Position numbers and translations under genes: made by a program
Shown: positions 15,420 to 21,629 of the stretch, one piece after another
Layout of the letters: each line of letters opens with the position of its first letter
Numbering within the stretch: position 1 is the stretch's first letter
Assembly (NCBI GenBank): GCA_947625835.1
Contig: CANQPY010000001.1
Span: 115,981 to 179,980 of the forward strand
Source: an uncultured Clostridia bacterium
GTDB lineage: Bacteria > Bacillota > Clostridia > TANB77 > CAG-508
DNA: 64,000 bases
Reading direction: 5' to 3'
Notes under the pieces: model-generated
Database searches by the model: none
The model's input: only the letters and a program-made list of their open reading frames with translations
What the model was told of the DNA's origin: nothing

Positions 15420-15506
15420 ATGAAAACATTTAGTATTTCACGGGGGGGGGGCAAACAGTTTAGTTAGTCTCACCTCTCTCGAGAACCTCTCAAGGGAGGT
15501 TTTTTA
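15420..15506 (+). promoter_or_regulatory. fibre-gene leader with G10 tract; homologue of 10909..10998, in the short-uORF register
   Basis: AGGAG 15403-07, ATG 15420, G10 15442-51. The present frame stops at TAG 15465-67. With one more G the frame would run to a TAA overlapping ATG 15507 (TAATG). Confidence 0.6.
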
Positions 15507-16298
15507 ATGGCTGGAAATAATGGAATTAAATTTCTTAGGGGCACTTCAAGCTTAAGGCGAAGTAGCACTGCTAAGCTATTATATGGTCAACCTTTCTATG
15601 AAGCTGACACAAATCTATTATATATAGGTGGAAAAGATGGTACCACATTAAATGGAGCGACCCCAATAGGGCATAGCATTCAATACTATTGGGATTGCAT
15701 AAACTGGGCATGGGTAAGGGAAGGAGATTGTGCTTTCATAGAATTACTTAATGGAAATATTGTACCTGCACGTTGTGTTAACATTGATAATCAATATAAT
15801 ATTACATGGCAGGTCAATTATCCTTCTGTATTCGACATGGGGTACTCTTTAACCTGGGGTGAGACAACCTTATTTAATCAATTAAATACCACTATTATTA
15901 ATTTATTTCCTAGTACTCTTGCATTTAATATTGTACCTGTAGTTAAATCTTCAGGTACCTACAGCAATACATCTGATCCTGGTACTGAAAGCAAGCTTTG
16001 GATACCTTCAGCTGAAGAGATTTTTGGTCAGAATGGAATTTTTCCATCTGGTATGTCCCGAGATAGTGGGTCAGTTCAGTTTGGATACTATAGAGAATTA
16101 CTAGGAAGTAATAGAAGTGCAACAGGGTATAACCCAGAATTGAGAAGTGTATCTAATTGTTGGTTAAGAAATAGATATCTCACATATAATTCGCAATGGT
16201 TTGTGTTAAAGAATAATGGTGATGTAGAGTATACCTCCGTGGGAGCGTTTAATCAACAAAGCGCGATTTTTTGCTTTACAATGAAGATAAAAAATTAG
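15507..16298 (+). CDS. tail-fibre-like protein (HylP/Mtd N-terminal-type motif)
   Basis: ORF track; IKFLRGTSS..LLYGQPFYEADTNLLYIGGKDGTTL; C-terminal LWIPSAEEIFG..VQFGYYRELLG..CWLRN. Confidence 0.85.
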   Translation: MAGNNGIKFLRGTSSLRRSSTAKLLYGQPFYEADTNLLYIGGKDGTTLNGATPIGHSIQYYWDCINWAWVREGDCAFIELLNGNIVPARCVNIDNQYNITWQVNYPSVFDMGYSLTWGETTLFNQLNTTIINLFPSTLAFNIVPVVKSSGTYSNTSDPGTESKLWIPSAEEIFGQNGIFPSGMSRDSGSVQFGYYRELLGSNRSATGYNPELRSVSNCWLRNRYLTYNSQWFVLKNNGDVEYTSVGAFNQQSAIFCFTMKIKN

Positions 16299-16327
16299 TT
16301 GATATTTTCTTTAAGTTACATTATAAT
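16299..16327 (+). promoter_or_regulatory. early promoter cassette (TTGATA-17-TATAAT)
   Basis: AAAATTAG-TTGATA..TATAAT. Confidence 0.7.
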
Positions 16328-16333
16328 ATATAT

Positions 16334-16425
16334 GTAGATAGGAAGGAACGACGCAAGGTTGGGCTTTTCTGTCTGGACTAAAAAAGCATTTCACAGTGTT
16401 GCTTTGAAGAAATGCAATAACAACA
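16334..16425 (+). ncRNA. conserved ~95-nt leader/sRNA-like segment, copy 1
   Basis: GTAGATAGGAAGG..AAAAGCATTTCACAGTGTTGCTTTGAAGAA is near-identical to 17379-17470; hairpin AAAGCA-11 nt-TGCTTT. Confidence 0.45.
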
Positions 16426-16606
16426 GTGAGGCAAAAAATATGAAAAGATATTGTATTGATTTTCTCGGTGAATAGAAGAGATAACTAAACATTAAAAGGA
16501 TGGAATATGTTTAATAAATGAGAGGAAATTTAATTATATTTCTCCAAATAATAGATGTAAGTTTGAATTATCCTGGGAGAATGGTACAGGGTGGTATCAA
16601 GTAGAA

Positions 16607-16882
16607 ATGTATATCAACGCCATTGAAGAGACCCATCTTGGACGTCTCAAAATTATATGTGAAGAGAATGAAGTAACTAATATTGAATTTATTGACGATT
16701 TTATTCGTATTAAAGTTATTATTTATAAATGGGCTGGTAAATGGCATTTTCAATATAGGCTTCCAGACCCCGGTTCTTTTGCTGGTATGAACTGTCTTGT
16801 ACCTTATCTTGATGATTTGCAGGTAGAAGTTGTTTTACTCCAAGACCTTGAAAAGTATGTTAGACAGCTTGTTAGTGAATAG
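16607..16882 (+). CDS. hypothetical protein (start uncertain)
   Basis: ORF track. The frame is already open from 16496 (..NRCKFELSWENGTGWYQVE-M) with no canonical start or RBS in that stretch. Confidence 0.55.
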   Translation: MYINAIEETHLGRLKIICEENEVTNIEFIDDFIRIKVIIYKWAGKWHFQYRLPDPGSFAGMNCLVPYLDDLQVEVVLLQDLEKYVRQLVSE

Positions 16883-16901
16883 GTAAAGAAAAAACTAAAA
16901 A

Positions 16902-17337
16902 ATGAGATTATTTGAAGATTCAAATCTATATAAAGGTATTTTTTGGATTGTAGATGAAAATGATCCTTACAGTAATTCCAATTACTGTTTTAAAATTGAT
17001 TCTGATGTAAATGGCAATGCACTTGAACTGGATGATATTGGGAATAGCAAAAAGTGGAAGCACTTATAACCATAAACTTGTATGGGGTCAATTATCTAAA
17101 TCTCAAACGCATAACAAACCATATAATTACTATCCAAGAGGAAGAGTTGAAATTTATAATGGTGTTGCCAAAATTTTTCTTAACGGCAATATCAATTACG
17201 AAGATGTGATTACATTTCTTAAGCATGAATTTAATCTTACTCCTCATAAGGGAATAAAGAAAGTGCGGATTATTGAAGACAACAGCTTTCATTATCTTTG
17301 TTACTTAGATGCAGAAAAGGGTTGGGAGCCCGCGTAA
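16902..17337 (+). pseudogene. gene split by a frameshift at an A5 run (16902..17075 + 17011..17337)
   Basis: MRLFEDSNLYKGIFWIVDEN..DIGNSKK stops at 17073-75. The +1 frame continues SGSTYNHKLVWGQ..NYYPRGRVEIYNG. Removing one A at 17049-53 joins the two frames. Confidence 0.55.
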
Positions 17338-17343
17338 AAATAG

Positions 17344-17372
17344 TTGACTTTTATTTTTAGATATTATATAAT
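17344..17372 (+). promoter_or_regulatory. early promoter cassette (TTGACT-17-TATAAT)
   Basis: AAAATAG-TTGACT..TATAAT. Confidence 0.7.
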
Positions 17373-17378
17373 ATGTAT

Positions 17379-17470
17379 GTAGATGGGAAGGGGTGATATA
17401 AATATTGGTCTTTTCCGACTACAGTAAGAAAAGCATTTTACAGTGTTGCTTTGAAGAACTGTGCAATTAA
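17379..17470 (+). ncRNA. conserved leader/sRNA-like segment, copy 2
   Basis: GTAGATGGGAAGG..AAAAGCATTTTACAGTGTTGCTTTGAAGAA; directly precedes the tRNA-like gene at 17475. Confidence 0.45.
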
Positions 17471-17474
17471 ATAT

Positions 17475-17552
17475 CAGGTTGTACTTTCAATGATAGATTG
17501 CTTGCCAATAAAAGGCAAGCGGATGCTGGTTCAATTCCAGTCAACCTGACCA
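17475..17552 (+). tRNA. tRNA-like gene with atypical anticodon arm (6-bp stem, loop AATAAAA)
   Basis: Acceptor CAGGTTG/CAACCTG, T-arm GCTGG-TTCAATT-CCAGT, ACCA. Anticodon arm CTTGCC-AATAAAA-GGCAAG. Short variable loop, so not a normal tRNA-Leu(UAA). Confidence 0.45.
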
Positions 17553-17709
17553 TTTTGGTGTTGGTGCTAAGGTGTGGATAAGTGAAAGTAACGATGCATA
17601 GTGAACCTGTTCGATTCAGGCGCCCTGGGAAGTTCTGGGTGAGGGGAATCCACATATCCCTGTTGAAGGTCATGCATGGCCTACCGTTCGATTCGGCGAT
17701 GCTTCCCAG
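17553..17709 (+). ncRNA. two tandem tRNA-like modules that do not fold into cloverleaves
   Basis: T-arm-like CCTG-TTCGATT-CAGG (17606-20) and CCG-TTCGATT-CGG. 8-bp closing stem CTGGGAAG (17625-32)/CTTCCCAG (17702-09). Hairpin GGTCA-TGCA-TGGCC. Confidence 0.35.
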
Positions 17710-17726
17710 TAATTTTAATAATTATT

Positions 17727-17750
17727 CAGCTCTTGTATGAGCTGGTTTTT
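17727..17750 (+). terminator. intrinsic terminator
   Basis: CAGCTC-ttgtat-GAGCTG followed by GTTTTT. Confidence 0.7.
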
Positions 17751-17784
17751 ATAAAAAAAAATATTTGGGGTTTTTAGGTACTAT

Positions 17785-17964
17785 ATGGAAAAGTATATTG
17801 TAGAGTACATGAATGGTCGTACTAAACAGTTCGAGCTTTCACTTGATGATCTTATTGATAAGATGTTAAATAAGACAGGAAAGGAAACATCTGTGGTATA
17901 CATTTATGATATCAAATATAAAAAATTAGGAACCGCAAATTGTGGTTTTTGGTATCCAGCTTAA
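17785..17964 (+). CDS. hypothetical small protein (59 aa)
   Basis: Own translation MEKYIVEYMNGRTKQFELSLDDL..FWYPA; below the ORF-track size cutoff; weak AGGT RBS. Confidence 0.5.
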   Translation: MEKYIVEYMNGRTKQFELSLDDLIDKMLNKTGKETSVVYIYDIKYKKLGTANCGFWYPA

Positions 17965-17983
17965 AAAACCCCTTGTTTTTTAG

Positions 17984-18012
17984 TTGACTCTTCCCTTCAA
18001 CTATTATATAAT
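17984..18012 (+). promoter_or_regulatory. early promoter cassette (TTGACT-17-TATAAT)
   Basis: TTTTTAG-TTGACT..TATAAT..GGGAGTGGGGTAAA. Confidence 0.75.
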
Positions 18013-18043
18013 GTAAGGGAAGATTAGGGAGTGGGGTAAAAAT

Positions 18044-18250
18044 ATGAATTATGTAGAGTATGTTTGCGAAATTATCGACACAATGGAAAGAGTTACTGAT
18101 TGGCACTACGTATATGGTATTATTGATGCCTTGCAGTTTGCAGACAAGCTTTCATATGAAGAAGTACTGACACTTCGTGACGAAGCAGATAAGAAATTGG
18201 GTGTAATTACAGCCATGGAAGCAATTAAAAATACTGAGGTGGATGAATGA
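18044..18250 (+). CDS. hypothetical small protein
   Basis: ORF track; GTGGGGTAAA RBS. Confidence 0.8.
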   Translation: MNYVEYVCEIIDTMERVTDWHYVYGIIDALQFADKLSYEEVLTLRDEADKKLGVITAMEAIKNTEVDE

Positions 18251-18402
18251 ATAATAAATTCTATTTGAAGCAGGTAGAATTAAAAAGCGGTAAGATAACT
18301 GTAGTTGCCAGTTATGAAGACTATGGAAGTGCTGTTGATGATATGGTAGCACTTAGTAGTAATGATGGAAAATATAGTTATTTTGTTTCTGCCTATTGTT
18401 AA
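18247..18402 (+). CDS. hypothetical small protein (51 aa)
   Basis: ATGA start/stop overlap with previous gene; MNNKFYLKQVELKSGKITVVASYEDYG.. Confidence 0.5.
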   Translation: MNNKFYLKQVELKSGKITVVASYEDYGSAVDDMVALSSNDGKYSYFVSAYC

Positions 18403-18457
18403 TTTTGGGTAGACAGAGAGTGTATAATAGAGAGTAGGGAAGTAAAACATTAAATAT

Positions 18458-18533
18458 CGGCGAGTACCCGAGGGGTGAAGGGTCTAATCTTATAAATTAG
18501 TTGCCGTCTGTTCGAGTCAGACCTCGCCGACCA
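18458..18533 (+). tRNA. tRNA-Ile(UAU)
   Basis: TGTATAAT at 18421-28. Acceptor CGGCGAG/CTCGCCG, stem CTAAT/ATTAG, loop CTTATAA, T-arm GTCTG-TTCGAGT-CAGAC, CCA. Confidence 0.8.
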
Positions 18534-18603
18534 GTAACATTTTTCTCAAATATCTCTTTTTGTTATAAAATAAAATAGAGGATCCCAAATATGAATTCCA
18601 GGC

Positions 18604-18675
18604 ATCACTGTAGTTCAAAGGTTTGATCGTCGCTAGTCAGAGCGAAGATAGGAGGTTCGATTCCTCCCGGTGAGA
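18604..18675 (+). tRNA. tRNA-like gene with 6-nt (or 8-nt) anticodon loop, no CCA
   Basis: T-arm GGAGG-TTCGATT-CCTCC; acceptor ATCACTG/CGGTGAG (6 bp); anticodon arm TCGCT-AGTCAG-AGCGA. Confidence 0.4.
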
Positions 18676-18702
18676 GGTTTGTGAAGGCATATTTGGATAA
18701 AT

Positions 18703-18774
18703 AATCCCTTGGTGTAATTGGTAACATGCGAGTGACGAGATCACGTGATGTAGGTTCGAATCTTACAGGGATGT
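18703..18774 (+). tRNA. degenerate tRNA-like gene (anticodon stem 3/5 paired)
   Basis: T-arm GTAGG-TTCGAAT-CTTAC, D GTGT/ACAT, acceptor AATCCCT/AGGGATG; 17-nt anticodon region CGAGT-GACGAGA-TCACG pairs poorly. Confidence 0.35.
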
Positions 18775-18866
18775 GCAGCACCCCTTACCAGAGGGGAAAT
18801 TGAACTGCTGAGCAGTCTAGCGAATGGAGGTCCTGGCAGACCAACAGGAGCGAAGGGCTGCAATAT

Positions 18867-18952
18867 CGGGGTGTGGCGTAATGGCAGCCGCATAGCACTT
18901 AAAATGCTAGGTCCTTAGTGACGTGTGGGTTCAAGTCCCACCACCCCGACCA
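18867..18952 (+). tRNA. tRNA-Leu(UAA)
   Basis: Acceptor CGGGGTG/CACCCCG, stem TAGCA/TGCTA, loop CTTAAAA, long variable arm, T-arm GTGGG-TTCAAGT-CCCAC, CCA. Confidence 0.9.
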
Positions 18953-19109
18953 GCGCTATAACCTCACTTGAGGCTACTTAGAAACCAGGTCTTGTAAATT
19001 CTTCCTTATTAGAATTTACTTTAATTAGATCTTGTTGCGGAACATAAGTTCCTGTTTTATTTAGTTTCTCCTTATCTCTTCTAATTAAAAAGAGATAAAA
19101 AAAAAATAT

Positions 19110-19119
19110 TGCTAAATTA
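19110..19119 (+). promoter_or_regulatory. TGCTAAATTA motif (extended -10-like, class II promoter candidate)
   Basis: One of five exact copies; most lie 33-41 nt upstream of a start codon. Confidence 0.5.
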
Positions 19120-19250
19120 GATGTACATTAAAGGATAGGAGATTTATTCATGAAACGCTTTTGGCATAAATATTTTACAAAACTGAATAATCCCTATGTG
19201 ATTTCTTAATGTAGATTTTTCCGAATTCTTTCCATATTTCTTTATCCTAA

Positions 19251-19287
19251 GGGAGACTTCGTGTGTTTTCTGCATATGAAGTCTCCC
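19251..19287 (+). promoter_or_regulatory. 10-bp leader hairpin upstream of 19317
   Basis: GGGAGACTTC-17 nt-GAAGTCTCCC followed by a T-rich tract, between the motif at 19110 and the CDS. Confidence 0.4.
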
Positions 19288-19316
19288 CATTCTTTATTTC
19301 CCAGGAGAATATGTAA

Positions 19317-20174
19317 ATGCAATTAAAAGAAAGAACGCCCTATATGGTACGCAATGATGGTGAAATATTTGAATGCTGTTTTATGCACCCATACATTTTA
19401 AAAGATGTTAATGCTCCTTTTGAAGTTAATATAAATTATATTGCAATGTTTCCTGAGCAAATTAATTGGTTTGTAGAGCATTCTAAACAAAATTTGAAAT
19501 CTCTTTTAAATGATTGTTTCCAATGCTTAACAGATTGTGTTATGAGTCTTGATAATAACACTGCAAAAAAGACATTTGGAATGGAACATGTAGATTTAGA
19601 AAATGCATTAAAGGTTATAGGTCCTAATATTGCGCCTAATTTTATAGATGAGGTTAATACCAATTGCATTAAGAGCTGTGAGGCTGCTTGGAAAGAACTA
19701 AATAGTAGGCTTAATCAGGAATTTTTAAGGGCTAGAATGAATGGTAAATATTGGCAAGGATTAGGCAAAGATATATATTTTAGAATTAGCTCTTTTGATT
19801 TCAACTGGTTTGATATCATTTGGAATCTAATTCATGATAATCAAAATCAGCTTTCTTCTGTTACCATTTCTGCAGATCCTCAAGCTGGAAAAACCATAGG
19901 ACATGAAGTATATGTTATTAGTGGTAAGCCTGTAGATCATAGGGATATTGATGAGTTTCTTGAATTACCCGGAAATCCTCTTGTAGAAGATATGGAAAAT
20001 GAAAAAATAACTAAATTAAATCAAGGTATGTTCCTTAATGATATATTCCCTGATTTTGGTTATTTTCATAATACCGGAATATATGAAGCATATCGGGATA
20101 TTTACATTAGAACCCATTTCGTCGAAAGCAAAAAATCAAATAAGAGGGTATTTCTAAATAGGAGAGTCGTCTAG
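19317..20174 (+). CDS. hypothetical protein, paralogue of 27793..28497
   Basis: ORF track; shared PYMVRNDGEIF..HPYI, IYFRI..FNWFDIIW..DNQN, NKRVFL; last 15 nt overlap tRNA-Trp. Confidence 0.8.
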   Translation: MQLKERTPYMVRNDGEIFECCFMHPYILKDVNAPFEVNINYIAMFPEQINWFVEHSKQNLKSLLNDCFQCLTDCVMSLDNNTAKKTFGMEHVDLENALKVIGPNIAPNFIDEVNTNCIKSCEAAWKELNSRLNQEFLRARMNGKYWQGLGKDIYFRISSFDFNWFDIIWNLIHDNQNQLSSVTISADPQAGKTIGHEVYVISGKPVDHRDIDEFLELPGNPLVEDMENEKITKLNQGMFLNDIFPDFGYFHNTGIYEAYRDIYIRTHFVESKKSNKRVFLNRRVV

Positions 20175-20235
20175 CGGTCTAGGATAGTGGTCTCCAAAAC
20201 CATTGACTGGGGTTCGAATCCCTGCTCTCCTGCCA
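20160..20235 (+). tRNA. tRNA-Trp(CCA)
   Basis: Acceptor AGGAGAG/CTCTCCT, stem GTGGT/ACCAT, loop CTCCAAA, T-loop TTCGAAT, CCA. Confidence 0.85.
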
Positions 20236-20263
20236 TAATGTTTTCAGTTATGTTAAGGAATAG

Positions 20264-20292
20264 TTGATTTCAATACTCTTTTATATTATAAT
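20264..20292 (+). promoter_or_regulatory. early promoter cassette (TTGATT-17-TATAAT)
   Basis: GGAATAG-TTGATT..TATAAT..ATAGAAATTGGAGG. Confidence 0.75.
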
Positions 20293-20318
20293 GTTGATAG
20301 AAATTGGAGGTATTATAT

Positions 20319-20567
20319 ATGTTAACTGTACAAGAAGTTACTGATGTATTATTTGCAGTAGGCGCAGATGTAGAACTTTATGATGTACGTGGTACCAATC
20401 TTCTTAAAAATCCTAACCAACCTGAAACAACATACCCCACAGTTCCTTATTACAGAGCATTCTGTGAAAAGCACATTGCAGGATTTGAGGATAGAGAAGT
20501 AGTCGGGATGTTCACCAGGTGGGATGATGATTTTAAGGAATCTATAGTACACCTTATTATAAAGTAA
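20319..20567 (+). CDS. hypothetical protein
   Basis: ORF 20304..20567 trimmed to ATG 20319 after GGAGG. Confidence 0.75.
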   Translation: MLTVQEVTDVLFAVGADVELYDVRGTNLLKNPNQPETTYPTVPYYRAFCEKHIAGFEDREVVGMFTRWDDDFKESIVHLIIK

Positions 20568-20578
20568 TTTTAAAATAG

Positions 20579-20606
20579 TTGATTTTTTTTTTGTTTATTA
20601 TATAAT
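20579..20606 (+). promoter_or_regulatory. early promoter cassette (TTGATT-16-TATAAT)
   Basis: AAAATAG-TTGATT..TATAAT..GTAGAAAATAGGGTGAGGTG. Confidence 0.7.
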
Positions 20607-20635
20607 AGATGTAGAAAATAGGGTGAGGTGAATAA

Positions 20636-20953
20636 ATGAAAATTACTTGTCCTTACTGCAACCAGGAAGTTGAAATGGATTGGAGATGCCCTCATTGCCA
20701 TAACCGCATTGCATACGATATCAATAACGAATTGGAAAGAATCAATCCTCATAGGATATGGCAAAAATTGCAGTTTAGAAGGGAAGATTACGCAATTCAT
20801 TGTAAAAACCATTTGGATAAAAATAATATTTCTACGAAAGAAATACAGAAAGTAGATGACCATTATTTGGTTTATTATATGCCAATTGGTAAAGAACAAA
20901 GTGAATGGTGCCACGAGTTAGTTACTCAGTTAGTGGATCTTTGCTTATTTTAA
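20636..20953 (+). CDS. zinc-ribbon-type small protein
   Basis: ORF track; CPYCN..(9)..CPHCHN. Confidence 0.8.
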   Translation: MKITCPYCNQEVEMDWRCPHCHNRIAYDINNELERINPHRIWQKLQFRREDYAIHCKNHLDKNNISTKEIQKVDDHYLVYYMPIGKEQSEWCHELVTQLVDLCLF

Positions 20954-20959
20954 TTACAT

Positions 20960-21034
20960 GTGGTCTGTGGTGTAATGGTAGCACGGAGGATTGTGGCCCC
21001 TCAGGTGAGAGTTCAATTCTCTCCTTTCCAACCA
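20960..21034 (+). tRNA. tRNA-His(GUG)-like, acceptor stem only 4/7 paired (possible pseudogene)
   Basis: D GTGT/GCAC, loop TTGTGGC, T-arm GAGAG-TTCAATT-CTCTC, ACCA; acceptor TGGTCTG versus CTTTCCA. Confidence 0.4.
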
Positions 21035-21111
21035 GGTGCCTTGGTGGAACTGGATAACACGTCAGCCTCTCAAGCTGAAGATTATGCGTTCGAGCCGCAT
21101 AGGCATCACCA
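21035..21111 (+). tRNA. tRNA-Glu(CUC)
   Basis: Acceptor GGTGCCT/AGGCATC, stem TCAGC/GCTGA, loop CTCTCAA, T-arm ATGCG-TTCGAGC-CGCAT, CCA. Confidence 0.85.
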
Positions 21112-21164
21112 ATGTAAAACGAACCTGTTCTTCAAAGCTTCCGCAGTGAGAGAAGCGAATATAT

Positions 21165-21239
21165 GTCGGGTTAGCTCAACGGTAGAGCGCCTGTTTTACA
21201 CGCAGGAGGTTGTTGGGTCAGCACCAGCACTCGGTACCA
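21165..21239 (+). tRNA. tRNA-Val(UAC), non-canonical T-loop
   Basis: Acceptor GTCGGGT/ACTCGGT (3 G:U), stem CCTGT/GCAGG, loop TTTACAC, T-arm GTTGG-GTCAGCA-CCAGC, CCA. Confidence 0.7.
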
Positions 21240-21390
21240 TAAGGAAAGTAGTTGGCTTGATAGCCTAATGAAACCTTAACACCTGTCTTTTAATTCTTAA
21301 TTAGGAAACCACCCCTTAGTACCTAACTTATCAATAGGGAACAGGGGAGGAAATGTGGGGTAGAAAGAAGCCCGCCAGGTGTATAAATAT

Positions 21391-21463
21391 GCTGGTATAG
21401 CCTAGCGGATCAGGCAACCGCCTTCTAAGCGGTTTTAGGTGGGTTCAACTCCTACTACCAGTG
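21391..21463 (+). tRNA. tRNA-Arg(UCU), CCA not encoded
   Basis: Acceptor GCTGGTA/TACCAGT, stem ACCGC/GCGGT, loop CTTCTAA, T-arm GTGGG-TTCAACT-CCTAC. Confidence 0.85.
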
Positions 21464-21585
21464 GATTCCCGATAAACATTACCTTCACGTGGTGGGAATT
21501 GATAATTATCCATTTGGGATAAGCCAAACATGTTTAAAAACCCTTAGATTTAGGGTTCGAATTTGCCAAGCTATACCATAAACAT

Positions 21586-21629
21586 ATGCTAAATTATCCG
21601 AACATACATAGAAAAGGATAATTTAGCAT
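21586..21629 (+). promoter_or_regulatory. 14-bp hairpin pairing the TGCTAAATTA motif with the RBS and start codon of the homing endonuclease gene
   Basis: ATGCTAAATTATCC (21586-99) is the exact reverse complement of GGATAATTTAGCAT (21616-29); ATG is at 21628. Confidence 0.6.

Noticed and set aside
19061-19110. Hairpin ATCTCTT/AAGAGAT followed by A10, as a terminator
   Set aside because: The A-run follows the stem on the + strand. It would only terminate minus-strand transcription, and there are no minus-strand genes.
20960-21268. 102-aa + strand ORF in the ORF track. Similar ORFs occur at 674..859, 5186..5458, 5559..5780, 17467..17673 and 23364..23549.
   Set aside because: They run through tRNA or structured-RNA genes (for example three tRNAs in 20960..21268). 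The peptides are typical read-through of tRNA sequence.
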